Position numbers and translations under genes: made by a program. 64,000 nucleotides of DNA from Candidatus Woykebacteria bacterium (GTDB lineage Bacteria > Patescibacteriota > Microgenomatia > Woykebacterales > RBG-16-39-9b). This document shows, in pieces, positions 17,248 through 27,979 of this stretch. Below the pieces are notes generated by a model. It had not been told where the DNA came from, did no database searches, and saw only the letters and a list, made by a program, of their open reading frames with translations. The stretch lies in the NCBI GenBank assembly GCA_040876265.1, contig JBBDPN010000001.1, forward strand, positions 246,208 to 310,207, in the 5' to 3' direction. How positions within the stretch are numbered: position 1 is the first letter of the stretch; every line of letters begins with the position of its first letter.

Positions 17248-19134
17248 TTATTTTTTGCGGTTTTTTAATAGTTTTGGGGCCCAAAAACCACCTAGAAGTA
17301 ACATAACTAATATGAACAATAGGGCTTGCTGAAACCCGAAAGTGAAAAACGCCTTAACGAGTACTTCAGTATCAGCAGATTTATCCACTTTTGTTGCTCC
17401 ACCAGTTAGATTTAGTTTGACATTAACACGACCTTTTGTGGAGTTAAACAAATCACCGGCTCGAATCTTAAATTTAAAAATTCTTTCCTCAAACGGAAAA
17501 ATCAATGGTAGATTCACTTCTGCCCTACCAAGCAGATCTATTTTTTCTCCAGCCAAAGTCAAACTGCCGCCTGTAAAGGTAATGCCACTTTCATTTTTTA
17601 TAGTTACGGTAAGTTCGACTGGAAAACCGGCAAATGCTTGGTCAGCTTCAACTTTGAGTCCAACATCTGGTTTAAATTCCACTGCCTCTTTTACTGCAGT
17701 AACTTCAATATTTTCGGCTAAGGAGGCTAATTGACTCAGATTATCCAGGTTATCCCCTGAGTTGCTGTAAAAAAGAGCTACTCTATCAGAAAAATTTTCA
17801 CTTCTATAATCGGCGCCGGTAGTTCTTGACCAGGTAGGGTCAATGTTGATCCAAATTTTCTTGTCAGTATCGTATATTTGCGCCCAAACGATCATCTTAT
17901 CTGTATTCAATGGGTCACCAACAAAAACCGGGGTACTCTGGCTAGAAGACTCAATTGTAAATCCTAAAACCTCTCTTGATGGGATACCGGCTGCTTTTGT
18001 TAAAGCAGTAAATAAATCAACAAATCCCAGGTTTGTTGTTCGTCCACCAGCACGAAGAAGTTTTGCTGCGCCTTTTCTTTGCTCCTTACCTGAGTTGAAG
18101 GCCGCCGTATCGAATTTCAAATACTTGATGACAAATTCGTGGATTGCCTGTGCGTTTTTTAGTTCCTTGGCCTTTTGCTGAATCAATACATCCTGGGCTT
18201 GAACATATTTCCCGCCTTTTTTATATAGTTCGACTTCTGCTTCTGTGAGGGCGCCTGGAAAGGTGAACCTACCATCAGCTCCAATAACCTTCGCGATACC
18301 TTCAATCTCAACTTGTTGGAGAGTCCCAGATCGCACTACGTAATGAGCTGAAATATTATCCTCGTTATCAACGCTCATTTTCGTTGGCCGAGGATTTAAT
18401 GCCCTAAATAAAATTTGTTGCTTTTGGGACTCTGGAGGTATAAAAATGGTAAATTCCTTACTAAGTAAATTCTTATTTTCAAAAGGTACTTTTAGTTTAA
18501 ATTTTATTTCCTGCTTGTCACCAAAATTTACCAAAATATTCTTTCCAAAAGCGCCCGACTTGTTGTAAGAGATACGGGTCTGGTTTTTACCATAGCTTAT
18601 TTTTTCAGCTGTCGGCTCGATTGTAAATATTTTTCCAAAATCTTTTGGTGCAGTAATTGTAAGTTTGTACGATGTTACTTTCTCATCCGTAGCAATCTGG
18701 GGAACGGTTACATACCAGATTAATCCTTGTCTTTCAGCCAAATCTTCAATTGTGTATGAAAGGTTAAGAACTGCGGTCTTGTTTTTACCAATAACCTCAT
18801 TATTGATCTTGGCGACTATTAACGAAGAAGGTTCACTCTTGACCACTTTTATCGCCATATTTCCGAGCGAATCCTTTCCAGATACTCTCTTTATCTTGGT
18901 AGAGTTTATTCGCAAGCTGTATTCCGAAGCAAAACAATCGCTAACCAAATTTTTCAAACTTACTATTTGAGACACTTTGGCGTCACCCTTTTTATCGAAG
19001 GAAAAGGTGAGTTTGTACGAACTGGAAAAGATTTTAGAGGCGTCGTCACAGCTCGCACTGAGAACTGACTGAAGTGGCGCAAGTGTAAAAATGAATAAAG
19101 CTGAGGTTAGGAGTGCAAAAACCGCCTTCTTCAT
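17248..19134 (-). CDS. Signal-peptide- and C-terminally anchored surface protein with a degenerate transglutaminase-like region
   Basis: Signal peptide and C-terminal TM. The central stretch ...TTNLGFVDLFTALTKAAGIPSREVLGF... is like the transglutaminase core, but the catalytic Cys is absent. Confidence 0.35.
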   Translation of the reverse strand: MKKAVFALLTSALFIFTLAPLQSVLSASCDDASKIFSSSYKLTFSFDKKGDAKVSQIVSLKNLVSDCFASEYSLRINSTKIKRVSGKDSLGNMAIKVVKSEPSSLIVAKINNEVIGKNKTAVLNLSYTIEDLAERQGLIWYVTVPQIATDEKVTSYKLTITAPKDFGKIFTIEPTAEKISYGKNQTRISYNKSGAFGKNILVNFGDKQEIKFKLKVPFENKNLLSKEFTIFIPPESQKQQILFRALNPRPTKMSVDNEDNISAHYVVRSGTLQQVEIEGIAKVIGADGRFTFPGALTEAEVELYKKGGKYVQAQDVLIQQKAKELKNAQAIHEFVIKYLKFDTAAFNSGKEQRKGAAKLLRAGGRTTNLGFVDLFTALTKAAGIPSREVLGFTIESSSQSTPVFVGDPLNTDKMIVWAQIYDTDKKIWINIDPTWSRTTGADYRSENFSDRVALFYSNSGDNLDNLSQLASLAENIEVTAVKEAVEFKPDVGLKVEADQAFAGFPVELTVTIKNESGITFTGGSLTLAGEKIDLLGRAEVNLPLIFPFEERIFKFKIRAGDLFNSTKGRVNVKLNLTGGATKVDKSADTEVLVKAFFTFGFQQALLFILVMLLLGGFWAPKLLKNRKK

Positions 19135-19147
19135 AAATGTAGTAGTG

Positions 19148-19540
19148 TTAATTCTCTTTTGTCCAGGTTTTAACTTTCGCCGAAATATCTTCAGGGGTAA
19201 ACTGGGACTTTATAAGGTATTCGTTGGCACCTAAGGTAAGACCTTTTTCAATCAAATCCTCCTCATCAAAATTTGACAAGATAATGATCGGTGTCGATTC
19301 TGTCTTTGGATTTTTTCGCAATTTTTTAAGTACATCAAAACCGTCCATCTCCGGCATTTTTATGTCTAAAAAAATTAATTCAGGGCTTTCCTTAAACGCT
19401 TTATCCAACCCTAACTGTCCTCGATCAGCCACTAAAACCTCGTACCCATCCAACCCAAGTTTCAGCTTGTAAAGCTGAGCAACCTCCTGTTCGTCCTCAA
19501 TTAAGAGTACTTTTATTTTATCTTCTTTTCCCTCTGCCAT
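19148..19540 (-). CDS. Response regulator, receiver domain only (CheY-like)
   Basis: Has DD..D phospho-acceptor (LIFLDIKMPEMDG) and the conserved K. Confidence 0.8.
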   Translation of the reverse strand: MAEGKEDKIKVLLIEDEQEVAQLYKLKLGLDGYEVLVADRGQLGLDKAFKESPELIFLDIKMPEMDGFDVLKKLRKNPKTESTPIIILSNFDEEDLIEKGLTLGANEYLIKSQFTPEDISAKVKTWTKEN

Positions 19541-19567
19541 AAGCGGAAGTTAGTCTATCACAAAAAT

Positions 19568-21832
19568 TTATTTACCCGCAACCAAGGGAATATAAAAATT
19601 AAATGTTGTACCTGCACCCACCCTGGAATCAACCCATATTTTGCCGTCGTGAAGCTCGACTAAAGACTTGACTATAAACAAACCAAGTCCAGTCCCTTTA
19701 TTTTCCTTTAAATATGACCCCGGGACTTGCTGAAATTTATCAAATATTCTGGAACGCATTTTTTCTGGAATCCCAAACCCGCTATCCTGGACACTAAAAA
19801 AGACCTTACCGTTGCTTTTATAACAGCCGATACGTACATCACCCCCATTTCCGCTGTATTTAATTGCATTGTCGATTAAGTTTACTAAAATCTCTTTGAA
19901 CCTATTTCTATCCACTTCGACTAAAAAACCGTCAATTTTGCTATTGATCTGCGAATCCAGATTGAGTCTTACACCCTTCATAGCAGCTATGGGGGTAAAC
20001 TCTTCCCTCACTTCATTAATAATGTTCAGTACTGAGACTTTGCGTAAATTCAATCTCAACCTACCCTCTTCGATTCTGGAAACATTAAGTAGCTCCGCAA
20101 CTAGTTTTGTTAGCCTGGTAGTCTCATTTTGAACCTTTTGTAGTACTGTTAGAAAATTTGTCCGGGCGTTTTCGTTTTTTAAATCTCCCAGATCTCCATT
20201 TAGCAACAGGCTTAAGTAACCATTGACGATAGTTAAAGGGGTTCTAAGTTCGTGGCTGGCCATGGATACAAACTCACTTTTAGACTTTTCCAATTCTTTA
20301 ATCGCAGTGATGTCCCGGACAATACTAATAACTTGTTCGATGTTGCCTTTCGCGTTGAATATTGGGTTGTAACTGACGCCAACCCAAATCTCCTTTTTAT
20401 CTTGACTCGTATGTAAGTGCTCGTCATAAGGAACCGCTTCGCCTGTAACAAACACTTTTGTAACTGGGTCAAAATCTGGATAGTAGTGACCAAATCTATC
20501 GTGACATTTAAAAACGTCATGGTAGTATTTGCCGACCATCTCTTCCTCACTAGAAGCTGCCATTAATTCGCAAGCGCTGTTTGTTCTAATTATTTTTAGA
20601 CTTTGGTCAAATATAAATACCGCCTCTTCAACGTTTTCAAATATAGCCCTCATTCTGTTTCTCTGTCTCTCGACCTCCAAAAGCTGCCTAGATATTTTCT
20701 CGGCTTGGTTTTTCAGAAGAGTGACGTCTCTAAAGCTTGCGCTCATCGCAACAACAGTACCCTCCTTATCTTTGATTGGAACGTAATTGGCTTCGATATA
20801 TTTTGGTGGTTTTGAGTGCAGCTTCATCAGGATATTGGACACTGGTTTTCCAGAATAAACTCTTTCTTGAGTTTTCAAAGAATTGTCGTACCTTTCTAAA
20901 TAGTATTTAAAATATTTACGTCTATTTTTTACTATTTTTTCTCTAGCCACACCAACCAAATTAGTTTTAACCGAAAACAATTTTTTAAGTGAAGGGTTCA
21001 TGAATAAAACCCGACCGTCCTTATCATAGAGAGCTAGACCTTCCTTCACTGTTTTATAGATAGCGTCTAGCTTTTTCTTCTCCTCTTGCAAATCCAGTTC
21101 TGCTTCATGGCGCTCCGTTATATCCCTGATCAGAGCCATAATCGCTTTTCGGCCCCTATGATTTATTAATGACGCACTTATTTCAACTGGCACCTTCTTC
21201 CCCATTTTTGTCAAAAGATCAACTTCGTAGGTCTTGGGTACCGGCTTACCGGACAACCTTTTTTTGTGGATCTGCAGTGCCAAGCTTCTAAACTCAGGCG
21301 CGATGAATTTGGTAAACTGCTTCCTAATTGCATCTGAGAGCTTAAAACCGGTCAGTTTTTCCATCCTTGTATTTGCAAATTTCAAAAGACCATCCTGAAT
21401 TATTACAATTCCATCATTACCTTTTTCTACTAAAGTCGCATACCTCCCCTGAGACTCCATTAGCGCTCTCTCAGTCTTTTTGTGAGCTCTTAATTCTTTT
21501 CGTAAGGCCTTACCACTAAGAGTAGTTTTCTCTGTACGAGCCTCAATTTTTTTAGTGAGCTTTTTATTAAGTTCTTTTAGTTCGCCAACATTTCCTCTAA
21601 TAACCTGCAGTATTTCGTTGACACCAGTGAAAACTGACGTGAATTCGTTTTCTTTTCCGGGTAGTTTGAGTCGTTTTGAGAAATCTCCTACTGCAGCTTT
21701 CGAGAAAACCGGAAATAATTTAGCAATTTGCTTTGCAACGAAGTTTTTGTATTTTTTTAATTCTTTATTTTTGGGCTCATATTTATTATCAACCATCTTT
21801 ACTTTAGTAACCTTTAAAATTGTATTCCTCAT
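19568..21832 (-). CDS. Sensor histidine kinase with PAS/PAC domains
   Basis: HisKA H-box ASHELRTPLT, then N, G1 and G2 boxes (DSGFGIP...GTGLGL), and at least two PAS repeats. The track ORF begins at a TTG. The start used here is the first ATG (MRNTILK). Confidence 0.85.
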   Translation of the reverse strand: MRNTILKVTKVKMVDNKYEPKNKELKKYKNFVAKQIAKLFPVFSKAAVGDFSKRLKLPGKENEFTSVFTGVNEILQVIRGNVGELKELNKKLTKKIEARTEKTTLSGKALRKELRAHKKTERALMESQGRYATLVEKGNDGIVIIQDGLLKFANTRMEKLTGFKLSDAIRKQFTKFIAPEFRSLALQIHKKRLSGKPVPKTYEVDLLTKMGKKVPVEISASLINHRGRKAIMALIRDITERHEAELDLQEEKKKLDAIYKTVKEGLALYDKDGRVLFMNPSLKKLFSVKTNLVGVAREKIVKNRRKYFKYYLERYDNSLKTQERVYSGKPVSNILMKLHSKPPKYIEANYVPIKDKEGTVVAMSASFRDVTLLKNQAEKISRQLLEVERQRNRMRAIFENVEEAVFIFDQSLKIIRTNSACELMAASSEEEMVGKYYHDVFKCHDRFGHYYPDFDPVTKVFVTGEAVPYDEHLHTSQDKKEIWVGVSYNPIFNAKGNIEQVISIVRDITAIKELEKSKSEFVSMASHELRTPLTIVNGYLSLLLNGDLGDLKNENARTNFLTVLQKVQNETTRLTKLVAELLNVSRIEEGRLRLNLRKVSVLNIINEVREEFTPIAAMKGVRLNLDSQINSKIDGFLVEVDRNRFKEILVNLIDNAIKYSGNGGDVRIGCYKSNGKVFFSVQDSGFGIPEKMRSRIFDKFQQVPGSYLKENKGTGLGLFIVKSLVELHDGKIWVDSRVGAGTTFNFYIPLVAGK

Positions 21833-21924
21833 ACAAATACCACCCAACGTATTGAGTAGATTAAATACTAATCAAACTTTAAGTAAATATTATAGTAGTA
21901 CTATAAAGTGGCTTTTGAGGAAAA

Positions 21925-24774
21925 TCAAGAGGCAGCTATACGATCGGCCGCCAATAACTTCTTGAGGTAACCACCAGTGTAAGATTTTTCGTTCCTAGCC
22001 ACGGACTCGGGCTGGCCGCTAGCAACCACCTGACCACCAGAGTCTCCTCCATCAGGGCCCAAGTCAATAATCCAATCGGCGGTTTTTATAACTTCTAAAT
22101 TATGCTCTATCACGACCACAGTGTTGCCAATATCCACAAGACGATGGAGAACGTTTAGGAGGTTTTCTATATCGGCAAAATGCAACCCTGTCGTCGGTTC
22201 GTCAAGTATGTACAAAGTTTTCCCGGTACTTTTTCGAGACAGCTCCGTGGAGAGTTTAACTCTTTGGGCTTCCCCTCCAGAAAGAGTTGTGGCTGGCTGG
22301 CCCAACTTCATATAGCCTAGACCAACATCATAAAGAGTTGAAAGTTTATTTTTTATTGCCGGAATGTTTTTGAAAAACTTTAATGCCTCGGAAATAGTCG
22401 TATCTAAAACATCGGCAATTGTTTTGTCCTTGTAGAATATTTCTAAAGCTTCGCGGTTGTACCTTTTTCCGCCACAAACCTCGCAGGTAACGTAAACGTC
22501 AGGTAAAAATTGCATCTCAATTTTTACAGCTCCGTCACCCTGGCATGCTTCGCACCGACCCCCCTTAACATTAAAGGAAAATCTCCCTGACTTGTAACCT
22601 CGAATTCTAGCGACAGAGGTTTTCGCGAAAAGCTCTCTTACATGAGAAAAAGCCCCTGTGTAGGTAGCTGGGTTTGACCGAGGTGTCCTTCCAATGGGTG
22701 ACTGATCAATATCAACGACTTTATCGATAAATTCTATACCAGTTATTTTTTTAAACCTACCGGGTTTTATTTTAGAGTTGTAAAAATAATTGGAGAGAGC
22801 TTTATGCAGTATGTCCTCGGCTAGACTGGACTTACCACTACCAGATACACCAGTTATGCAGACAAATTTGCCCAAAGGGATACTTACGTTAATATTTTTT
22901 AAATTATTCTCCATTGCCCCGATAATTTGCAGGTCCTTGCCGATACCACTTCTGATTTTTGCTTGCCTCATTACTTGACGTTTTCCAGAAATATATTCTC
23001 CTGTAAGCGAGTTTTTGCTCTTTACAATTTCAGCCGGTGGCCCGGAGTAAATTACTTCACCGCCCTTCTCTCCAGCAGCCGGACCGATATCAACTAGCCA
23101 GTCCGAAGATTCTATAGTCTCTTTATCATGCTCAACTACGACAACACTGTTACCGAGACCTCTAAGATTTTTCAGCGTACTGATTAATTTGAGGTTATCT
23201 TTTTGGTGCAAACCAATTGAGGGCTCATCTAGGCAATAAAGTACCCCAGAAAGACCCGAACCTATTTGACTTGCCAATCTTATTCGTTGGGCCTCACCAC
23301 CAGCTAAAGTTGCGCTTGTTCTATTTATGGCCAGGTAGTCCAGACCAACGTCGACAAGAAATTTAAGCCTAGCCTGTATTTCTTTTAGTACCTGTTTTAC
23401 TATTTGCTGCTCTTTTTCGGTTAAAGTTAGAGACCAAAACCAACTCTTCACATCTGAAATTGACATACCCGAGATCTCTCCAATTGATTTCCCATTCACA
23501 CTTACATATTGGGCTTCTTTTTTCAATCGACTACCTAGGCAAGTGCCGCAGATTTCTTCCCGCATGTATTTTTGAATTTCCCGTCTGGTCCAATCACTAT
23601 CGGTTTCTTTATATCGACGCATCAGCTCTGGGATCACCCCCTCAAAGCTTGTGTTAAAACTTATCTGTTTTCCAAACCGATTTCTCCCTGACACAACAAA
23701 GGCTTCCGAACTTGATCCGTAAAGAATTACCTTTAATGTTGTCTCGGGAAGTTTACCCAACGGACTACTTAGAGAAAAACCCAAATGATCTGCCAGCGCT
23801 TCCAATCGTCGACTTGTCCAAGTATCGTGAGCCAGGAGTCTTTGCCAAGGAATAATAGCCCCTTCTGTGATTGAAAGCTTTCTATTTGGGATGACTAAGT
23901 CTGGATCAACTGTAAGTTTTGTGCCAATCCCTTGACAGCTTTCGCAAGCTCCGCGAGGAGAATTAAAAGAAAAGGTTCGTGGTTCTAGTTCCGGAAGAGT
24001 GACTTCGTGATCAGGACAAGAGTACTTCTCGGAAAACGTCCGATCTTTTTTTAACGTTGGGCCGCTTACTACTACCACACCGTCGCCCAAACGTAAAGCA
24101 GTTTCGACTGATTCGGTGAGCCTTTGTCTATCCACTGGTAGTTCTATCCTATCGACAACTACTTCTATATCATGTATCTTGTATCTATCCAAGGATGGCA
24201 CTTCACCTATCTCGAAAACTCGACCATCTACCCTCACTCTAACAAACCCCTTTTTTCTCAAATCGCTAAAAATCTCCTCGTAAATACCTTTCCGACCTTT
24301 AATAACCGGCGCTAAAATTACTACCTTTAATCCTTTTTTACCACCGATTTTCATTATTTGATCAACAATCTCTTGCGGGGACTGGGCCTCGATCTTCTTA
24401 CCATCGACTGGGCAATGTGGTGTGCCTATCCTGGCCCAAAGCAATCTCATGTAATCGTAGATTTCAGTGATCGTACCTACGGTAGATCTGGGGTTTTTTG
24501 AAGCGCTTTTCTGGTCAATAGAAATTGCTGGCGAGAGGCCCTCAATTTGATCCACATCTGGCTTTTCCATGAGACCTAGGAACTGCCTGGCGTAAGCGGA
24601 AAGAGACTCTACATAGCGTCTTTGGCCTTCGGCGTAGAGGGTATCGAAAGCTAGGGAACTTTTCCCGGAGCCGCTAATCCCGGTTATAACTACGAGTTTA
24701 TTTTTTGGGATTTCTAAACTGATATTTTTGAGGTTGTGCTCGCGGGCACCTTTTATAATTATCTTATCCTGCAT
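21925..24774 (-). CDS. uvrA: Excinuclease ABC subunit A
   Basis: Two ABC ATPase modules ([10 protein letters not shown] / [10 protein letters not shown]), zinc fingers and an LSGGE signature. Confidence 0.95.
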   Translation of the reverse strand: MQDKIIIKGAREHNLKNISLEIPKNKLVVITGISGSGKSSLAFDTLYAEGQRRYVESLSAYARQFLGLMEKPDVDQIEGLSPAISIDQKSASKNPRSTVGTITEIYDYMRLLWARIGTPHCPVDGKKIEAQSPQEIVDQIMKIGGKKGLKVVILAPVIKGRKGIYEEIFSDLRKKGFVRVRVDGRVFEIGEVPSLDRYKIHDIEVVVDRIELPVDRQRLTESVETALRLGDGVVVVSGPTLKKDRTFSEKYSCPDHEVTLPELEPRTFSFNSPRGACESCQGIGTKLTVDPDLVIPNRKLSITEGAIIPWQRLLAHDTWTSRRLEALADHLGFSLSSPLGKLPETTLKVILYGSSSEAFVVSGRNRFGKQISFNTSFEGVIPELMRRYKETDSDWTRREIQKYMREEICGTCLGSRLKKEAQYVSVNGKSIGEISGMSISDVKSWFWSLTLTEKEQQIVKQVLKEIQARLKFLVDVGLDYLAINRTSATLAGGEAQRIRLASQIGSGLSGVLYCLDEPSIGLHQKDNLKLISTLKNLRGLGNSVVVVEHDKETIESSDWLVDIGPAAGEKGGEVIYSGPPAEIVKSKNSLTGEYISGKRQVMRQAKIRSGIGKDLQIIGAMENNLKNINVSIPLGKFVCITGVSGSGKSSLAEDILHKALSNYFYNSKIKPGRFKKITGIEFIDKVVDIDQSPIGRTPRSNPATYTGAFSHVRELFAKTSVARIRGYKSGRFSFNVKGGRCEACQGDGAVKIEMQFLPDVYVTCEVCGGKRYNREALEIFYKDKTIADVLDTTISEALKFFKNIPAIKNKLSTLYDVGLGYMKLGQPATTLSGGEAQRVKLSTELSRKSTGKTLYILDEPTTGLHFADIENLLNVLHRLVDIGNTVVVIEHNLEVIKTADWIIDLGPDGGDSGGQVVASGQPESVARNEKSYTGGYLKKLLAADRIAAS

Positions 24775-24871
24775 CTTTACTCCAAATAGTGATCAGTTAG
24801 TTTACTACGCTTTGCAAATTTTGACAAGAGTAGTAGAATACTCCTCACGAAAAAAGGAAGGAGGGATTACT

Positions 24872-25171
24872 GTGGACACCATCGAGAAACAGTGGTCGCT
24901 AGTATCTGGTCACGGCTCTGTTCTTTTCTACATCGCCGTGTGCCCTGGTTGTACCACCAAAGACATTGCTGACGCCATGTCGCTGACCCGTCGGACTGTC
25001 TGGGGTGTAATCGGAGATCTTCGCCGTAAGAAGATGATTAACGTCCGGAAGGAAGGTCGCCGCCATCACTACACAGTCAACCTGAATGACGAGTCAAGGT
25101 TCACCCACCCTATCATGGATTGGCCCATGAATCTTGTCCTGGGCGGGATAGTTCATCAGCACTCTAAATAA
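24872..25171 (+). CDS. Winged-HTH DNA-binding protein (MarR/wHTH-like), foreign GC-rich
   Basis: GTG start 7 nt after AAGGAGGG. Sequence ..TTKDIADAMSLTRRTVWGVIGDLRRKKMINVRKEGRRHHYTVNL.. About 52% GC, against roughly 38% for the flanking genes. Confidence 0.5.
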   Translation: MDTIEKQWSLVSGHGSVLFYIAVCPGCTTKDIADAMSLTRRTVWGVIGDLRRKKMINVRKEGRRHHYTVNLNDESRFTHPIMDWPMNLVLGGIVHQHSK

Positions 25172-25760
25172 ACTAAAGATAGGAGATGATCCGTGATATA
25201 ATCTAAACACCAGAGAGACATCATTCGAACTTCCTACTCATGGAGCCGAGCCCAGGCTTGGTAGCCTCTATCTTCGAAAAGAGATTCCCTGAAGGGTGTC
25301 TGGGTTGGGCTCCACCATACCGACTCCGGGGTGAGACTGGGTCCAAGCTCGCGACATTGTGGGCATCCACCACGGGGTCGGTTCCAAAACCTTGAAGAAA
25401 GTTGAGATATCATCATGGACGTGAGAGACAGGAAAACCCCTGTCTCACTGAGGGAAAAGGCACAGTTACCTCAGGTCGCAGACGGCCCCCCTTGCGGTTG
25501 ACCTCCTCTCACGTCCTCCAAACTTTGGGTTCCATCGCGTTGTCCGCAACGACAGAGTAGGCCAGTGGCAATGTGGGACCACCGGCGGGAGTGTTGGGAG
25601 CTTTGGTTCTCAGAAGATGCACCTTCAGTGCCTGGGCTCAAGACTCTCCCGCTCCAAATCGGCTTCAAAACCGTTCTCCTGGGAGTGCCCAACCGGCATA
25701 ATGGAGGAGATGGTTTTGAGGAGTCAACAACGGGTTTAACGGTGGACACACTAACGCTAA
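25172..25760 (+). ncRNA. Candidate large structured RNA or structured 3'UTR, class unknown
   Basis: About 590 nt at roughly 55% GC with no credible ORF. Many strong local hairpins (for example GTGAGAGACAGG..CCTGTCTCAC) and long-range complements (GAGCCCAGGC at ~25246 against GCCTGGGCTC at ~25640). Same strand as the wHTH ORF. Ends at an intrinsic terminator. Confidence 0.3.
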
Positions 25761-25800
25761 GGTTCCAGTATCGCCTCCCTACTGGAACCTTTCTCTATTT
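25761..25800 (+). terminator. Intrinsic terminator closing the GC-rich unit
   Basis: GGTTCCAGTA-tcgcctccc-TACTGGAACC followed by TTTCTCTATTTCT. Confidence 0.55.
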
Positions 25801-27822
25801 CTAAGTAATTTTATTAGCTTCTTTTGCTGTCACAGTTTTTGGAACTTTGAGTTGTTGGTTTTTTAGCTCTAGCATTTGATCGCGGAGGATCGCGGCGCGT
25901 TCAAAGTCCGTTTCTTTAGCAGCCGCCATCATCTCTGCTGTCAAATCTCGGATAAGCCTTTTCACCTGATCTTTCGGTACTTTTGTTAGATCTAATTCCT
26001 GCGTAGTCTCTGCTTCAGGCTGCAATTCCTTTAATCTTTCGCCGATATCGCGAATGGTTTTTTGGATAGTTGCTGGAGTGATATTGTGCTTTCTGTTGTA
26101 AGAGAGCTGAGTTTTTCTTCGACGACTTGTTTCCTCTATTGCCCCCTTCATAGATTTGGTAACTTCGTCTGCATACATGATTACTTTTCCCTCCACGTGT
26201 CGTGCGGCTCTACCAATGGTCTGAACTAGTGAGGTCTTGCTGCGTAAAAACCCTTCCTTATCCGCGTCAAGAATGGCAACTAAAGTAACCTCGGGAAGGT
26301 CTAAACCCTCTCGGAGTAAATTAATTCCCACCAAAACATCGTATTTACCAGTCCGTAAATCTCTGAGGATGTCGATTCGCTCCAATGTATCAACCATATG
26401 ATGAATGTACATAACCTTCATTTCTCTCTCCTGAAGATATTCAGTAAGATCCTCAGCCATTCTTTTTGTTAGAGTAGTAACCAAGACACGCTGGCCCCTT
26501 TTCACTCGGGCCCGAATTTCTTTTATCAAATCTGGAATTTGCCCTTCCGTATCCCTTATTTCTACCTCCGGATCCACAATTCCAGTTGGACGGATGATTT
26601 GTTCTGCAACTTGCTTTGAGATTGAAAGTTCATAGTCCCTAGGGGTAGCTGAAACATAAATAATCGGGCCGATTTTTCGCATCGCCTCCTCAAACGTGAG
26701 CGGCCTATTATCCATGGCAGAAGGAAGCCTAAAACCGTTCTCAATTAGCAACTCTTTGCGTTTTTTCTCCCCATGCCACATCCCTCTTATCTGAGGAATA
26801 CTCATGTGCGATTCATCAATGAACGTAATAAAGTCTTTTGGAAAATAATCTAGTAGGGAAAAGGGGGGCTCGCCCGGTTTTCGACCGTCAAAAAACCGAG
26901 AGTAGTTCTCTATCCCCTTAACAAAGCCCACCTCACGCAGCATCTCAAGATCATAATTAACCCTGTTTGTAATTCTCTGAAGCTCAACCAATTTGTTTTG
27001 CTTTTTTAAACGACTGCCCCACTCATCGAACTCTTCTTGTATTTTTGCCAGGGGATCGTAGGAAAGATCGACCGGGGCGTTATAATGGCGGGCCGGAAAA
27101 ACCATCAACTCGTTCATTTCTTCGATTCTTTCGAAGCTAATCGGGTCTACCTTAGTAATTTTCTCCACCTTATCACTAAGTAGTGAAACTCTGACGGCGA
27201 ACTCTTCGTAGGCTGGATGCAACTCCAACGTGTCTCCCTTTACCCTAAAGGTGGATCTTTTCAAATCCTGATCGTTTCGCTCATACTGCATGTGAGCCAG
27301 GGTTTCTTTGATTTTTTCTATTGGTATTATTTGATCCTTGAACAACGTGAGCGTACTTTGTCGATAGGCATCAGGCGAACCAATATTGTAGATACAGGAG
27401 ACGCTGGCGACTATCAAAACATCTCGTCGGGTAAGCAAGGATTTTGTTGCGGCAAGTCGCAGTCTATCAATCTCTTGGTTTATATCTGAATCCTTTTCAA
27501 TATAAAGATCGATCTGTGGGACGTATGACTCGGGCTGATAATAGTCGTAGTAAGATACAAAATATTCCACAGAGTTGTTTGGAAAGAACTCGCGAAATTC
27601 GGCAGCAAGTTGGGCTGCCAATGTTTTATTGTGAGCAATAATAAGGGTGGGTTTGTTTAGATTGGCCACTATATTGGCCATAGTGAAGGTTTTTCCAGTA
27701 CCGGTAGCACCAAGTAGGGTCTGGTGTCGCAAACCCCTCTCTAGACCGTCTGAGAGCTTTACAACGGCTTCAGGTTGGTCACCTGTCGGTGGCCAAGGAG
27801 CTTTTAATTCAAACTTAGACAT
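25801..27822 (-). CDS. uvrB: Excinuclease ABC subunit B
   Basis: Helicase motifs (GATGTGKTF), beta-hairpin, and a C-terminal UVR domain. Confidence 0.95.
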   Translation of the reverse strand: MSKFELKAPWPPTGDQPEAVVKLSDGLERGLRHQTLLGATGTGKTFTMANIVANLNKPTLIIAHNKTLAAQLAAEFREFFPNNSVEYFVSYYDYYQPESYVPQIDLYIEKDSDINQEIDRLRLAATKSLLTRRDVLIVASVSCIYNIGSPDAYRQSTLTLFKDQIIPIEKIKETLAHMQYERNDQDLKRSTFRVKGDTLELHPAYEEFAVRVSLLSDKVEKITKVDPISFERIEEMNELMVFPARHYNAPVDLSYDPLAKIQEEFDEWGSRLKKQNKLVELQRITNRVNYDLEMLREVGFVKGIENYSRFFDGRKPGEPPFSLLDYFPKDFITFIDESHMSIPQIRGMWHGEKKRKELLIENGFRLPSAMDNRPLTFEEAMRKIGPIIYVSATPRDYELSISKQVAEQIIRPTGIVDPEVEIRDTEGQIPDLIKEIRARVKRGQRVLVTTLTKRMAEDLTEYLQEREMKVMYIHHMVDTLERIDILRDLRTGKYDVLVGINLLREGLDLPEVTLVAILDADKEGFLRSKTSLVQTIGRAARHVEGKVIMYADEVTKSMKGAIEETSRRRKTQLSYNRKHNITPATIQKTIRDIGERLKELQPEAETTQELDLTKVPKDQVKRLIRDLTAEMMAAAKETDFERAAILRDQMLELKNQQLKVPKTVTAKEANKIT

Positions 27823-27858
27823 AAGCTCCCATTTTATCTTAAATCAACCAATTAATAA

Positions 27859-27875
27859 AACCTCAGGTGTAGGTT
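27859..27875. promoter_or_regulatory. Candidate operator (AACCT-N7-AGGTT inverted repeat) in the divergent uvrB-lexA region
   Basis: The inverted repeat aacctcaggtgtaggtt lies about 35 nt from the uvrB start. It is proposed only because of its position. The SOS-box consensus for this lineage is not known to me. Confidence 0.2.
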
Positions 27876-27979
27876 GATATACTTTTACCCAGTTGACAAA
27901 TAACCGAAAATTTGACGATAATATAACCAGAAAAAAGACGAAGAAATTACTTATTAGCTCTTAAAGGTAATTTAATTAT

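Noticed and set aside
25172-25800. Possibility that the GC-rich segment is rRNA, tmRNA, RNase P, SRP RNA or a group II intron
   Set aside because: No 16S or 23S signature strings are present (515F, 1492R, anti-SD). No tRNA-like T-arm plus CCA end for tmRNA. No GGUAAGAGCGCACC or P4 RNase P motifs. No AGGUCCGGAAGGAAGCAGC SRP motif. No recognisable domain V (RAGC...GUAYG..GAAA). The class is left open.
25234-25804. Short ORFs 25234..25416 (-), 25471..25749 (-) and 25565..25804 (+) inside the GC-rich island
   Set aside because: They overlap one another, have no RBS, and have low-complexity or Pro/Arg/Gly-rich translations typical of GC-rich non-coding sequence. The region is treated as RNA-like instead.
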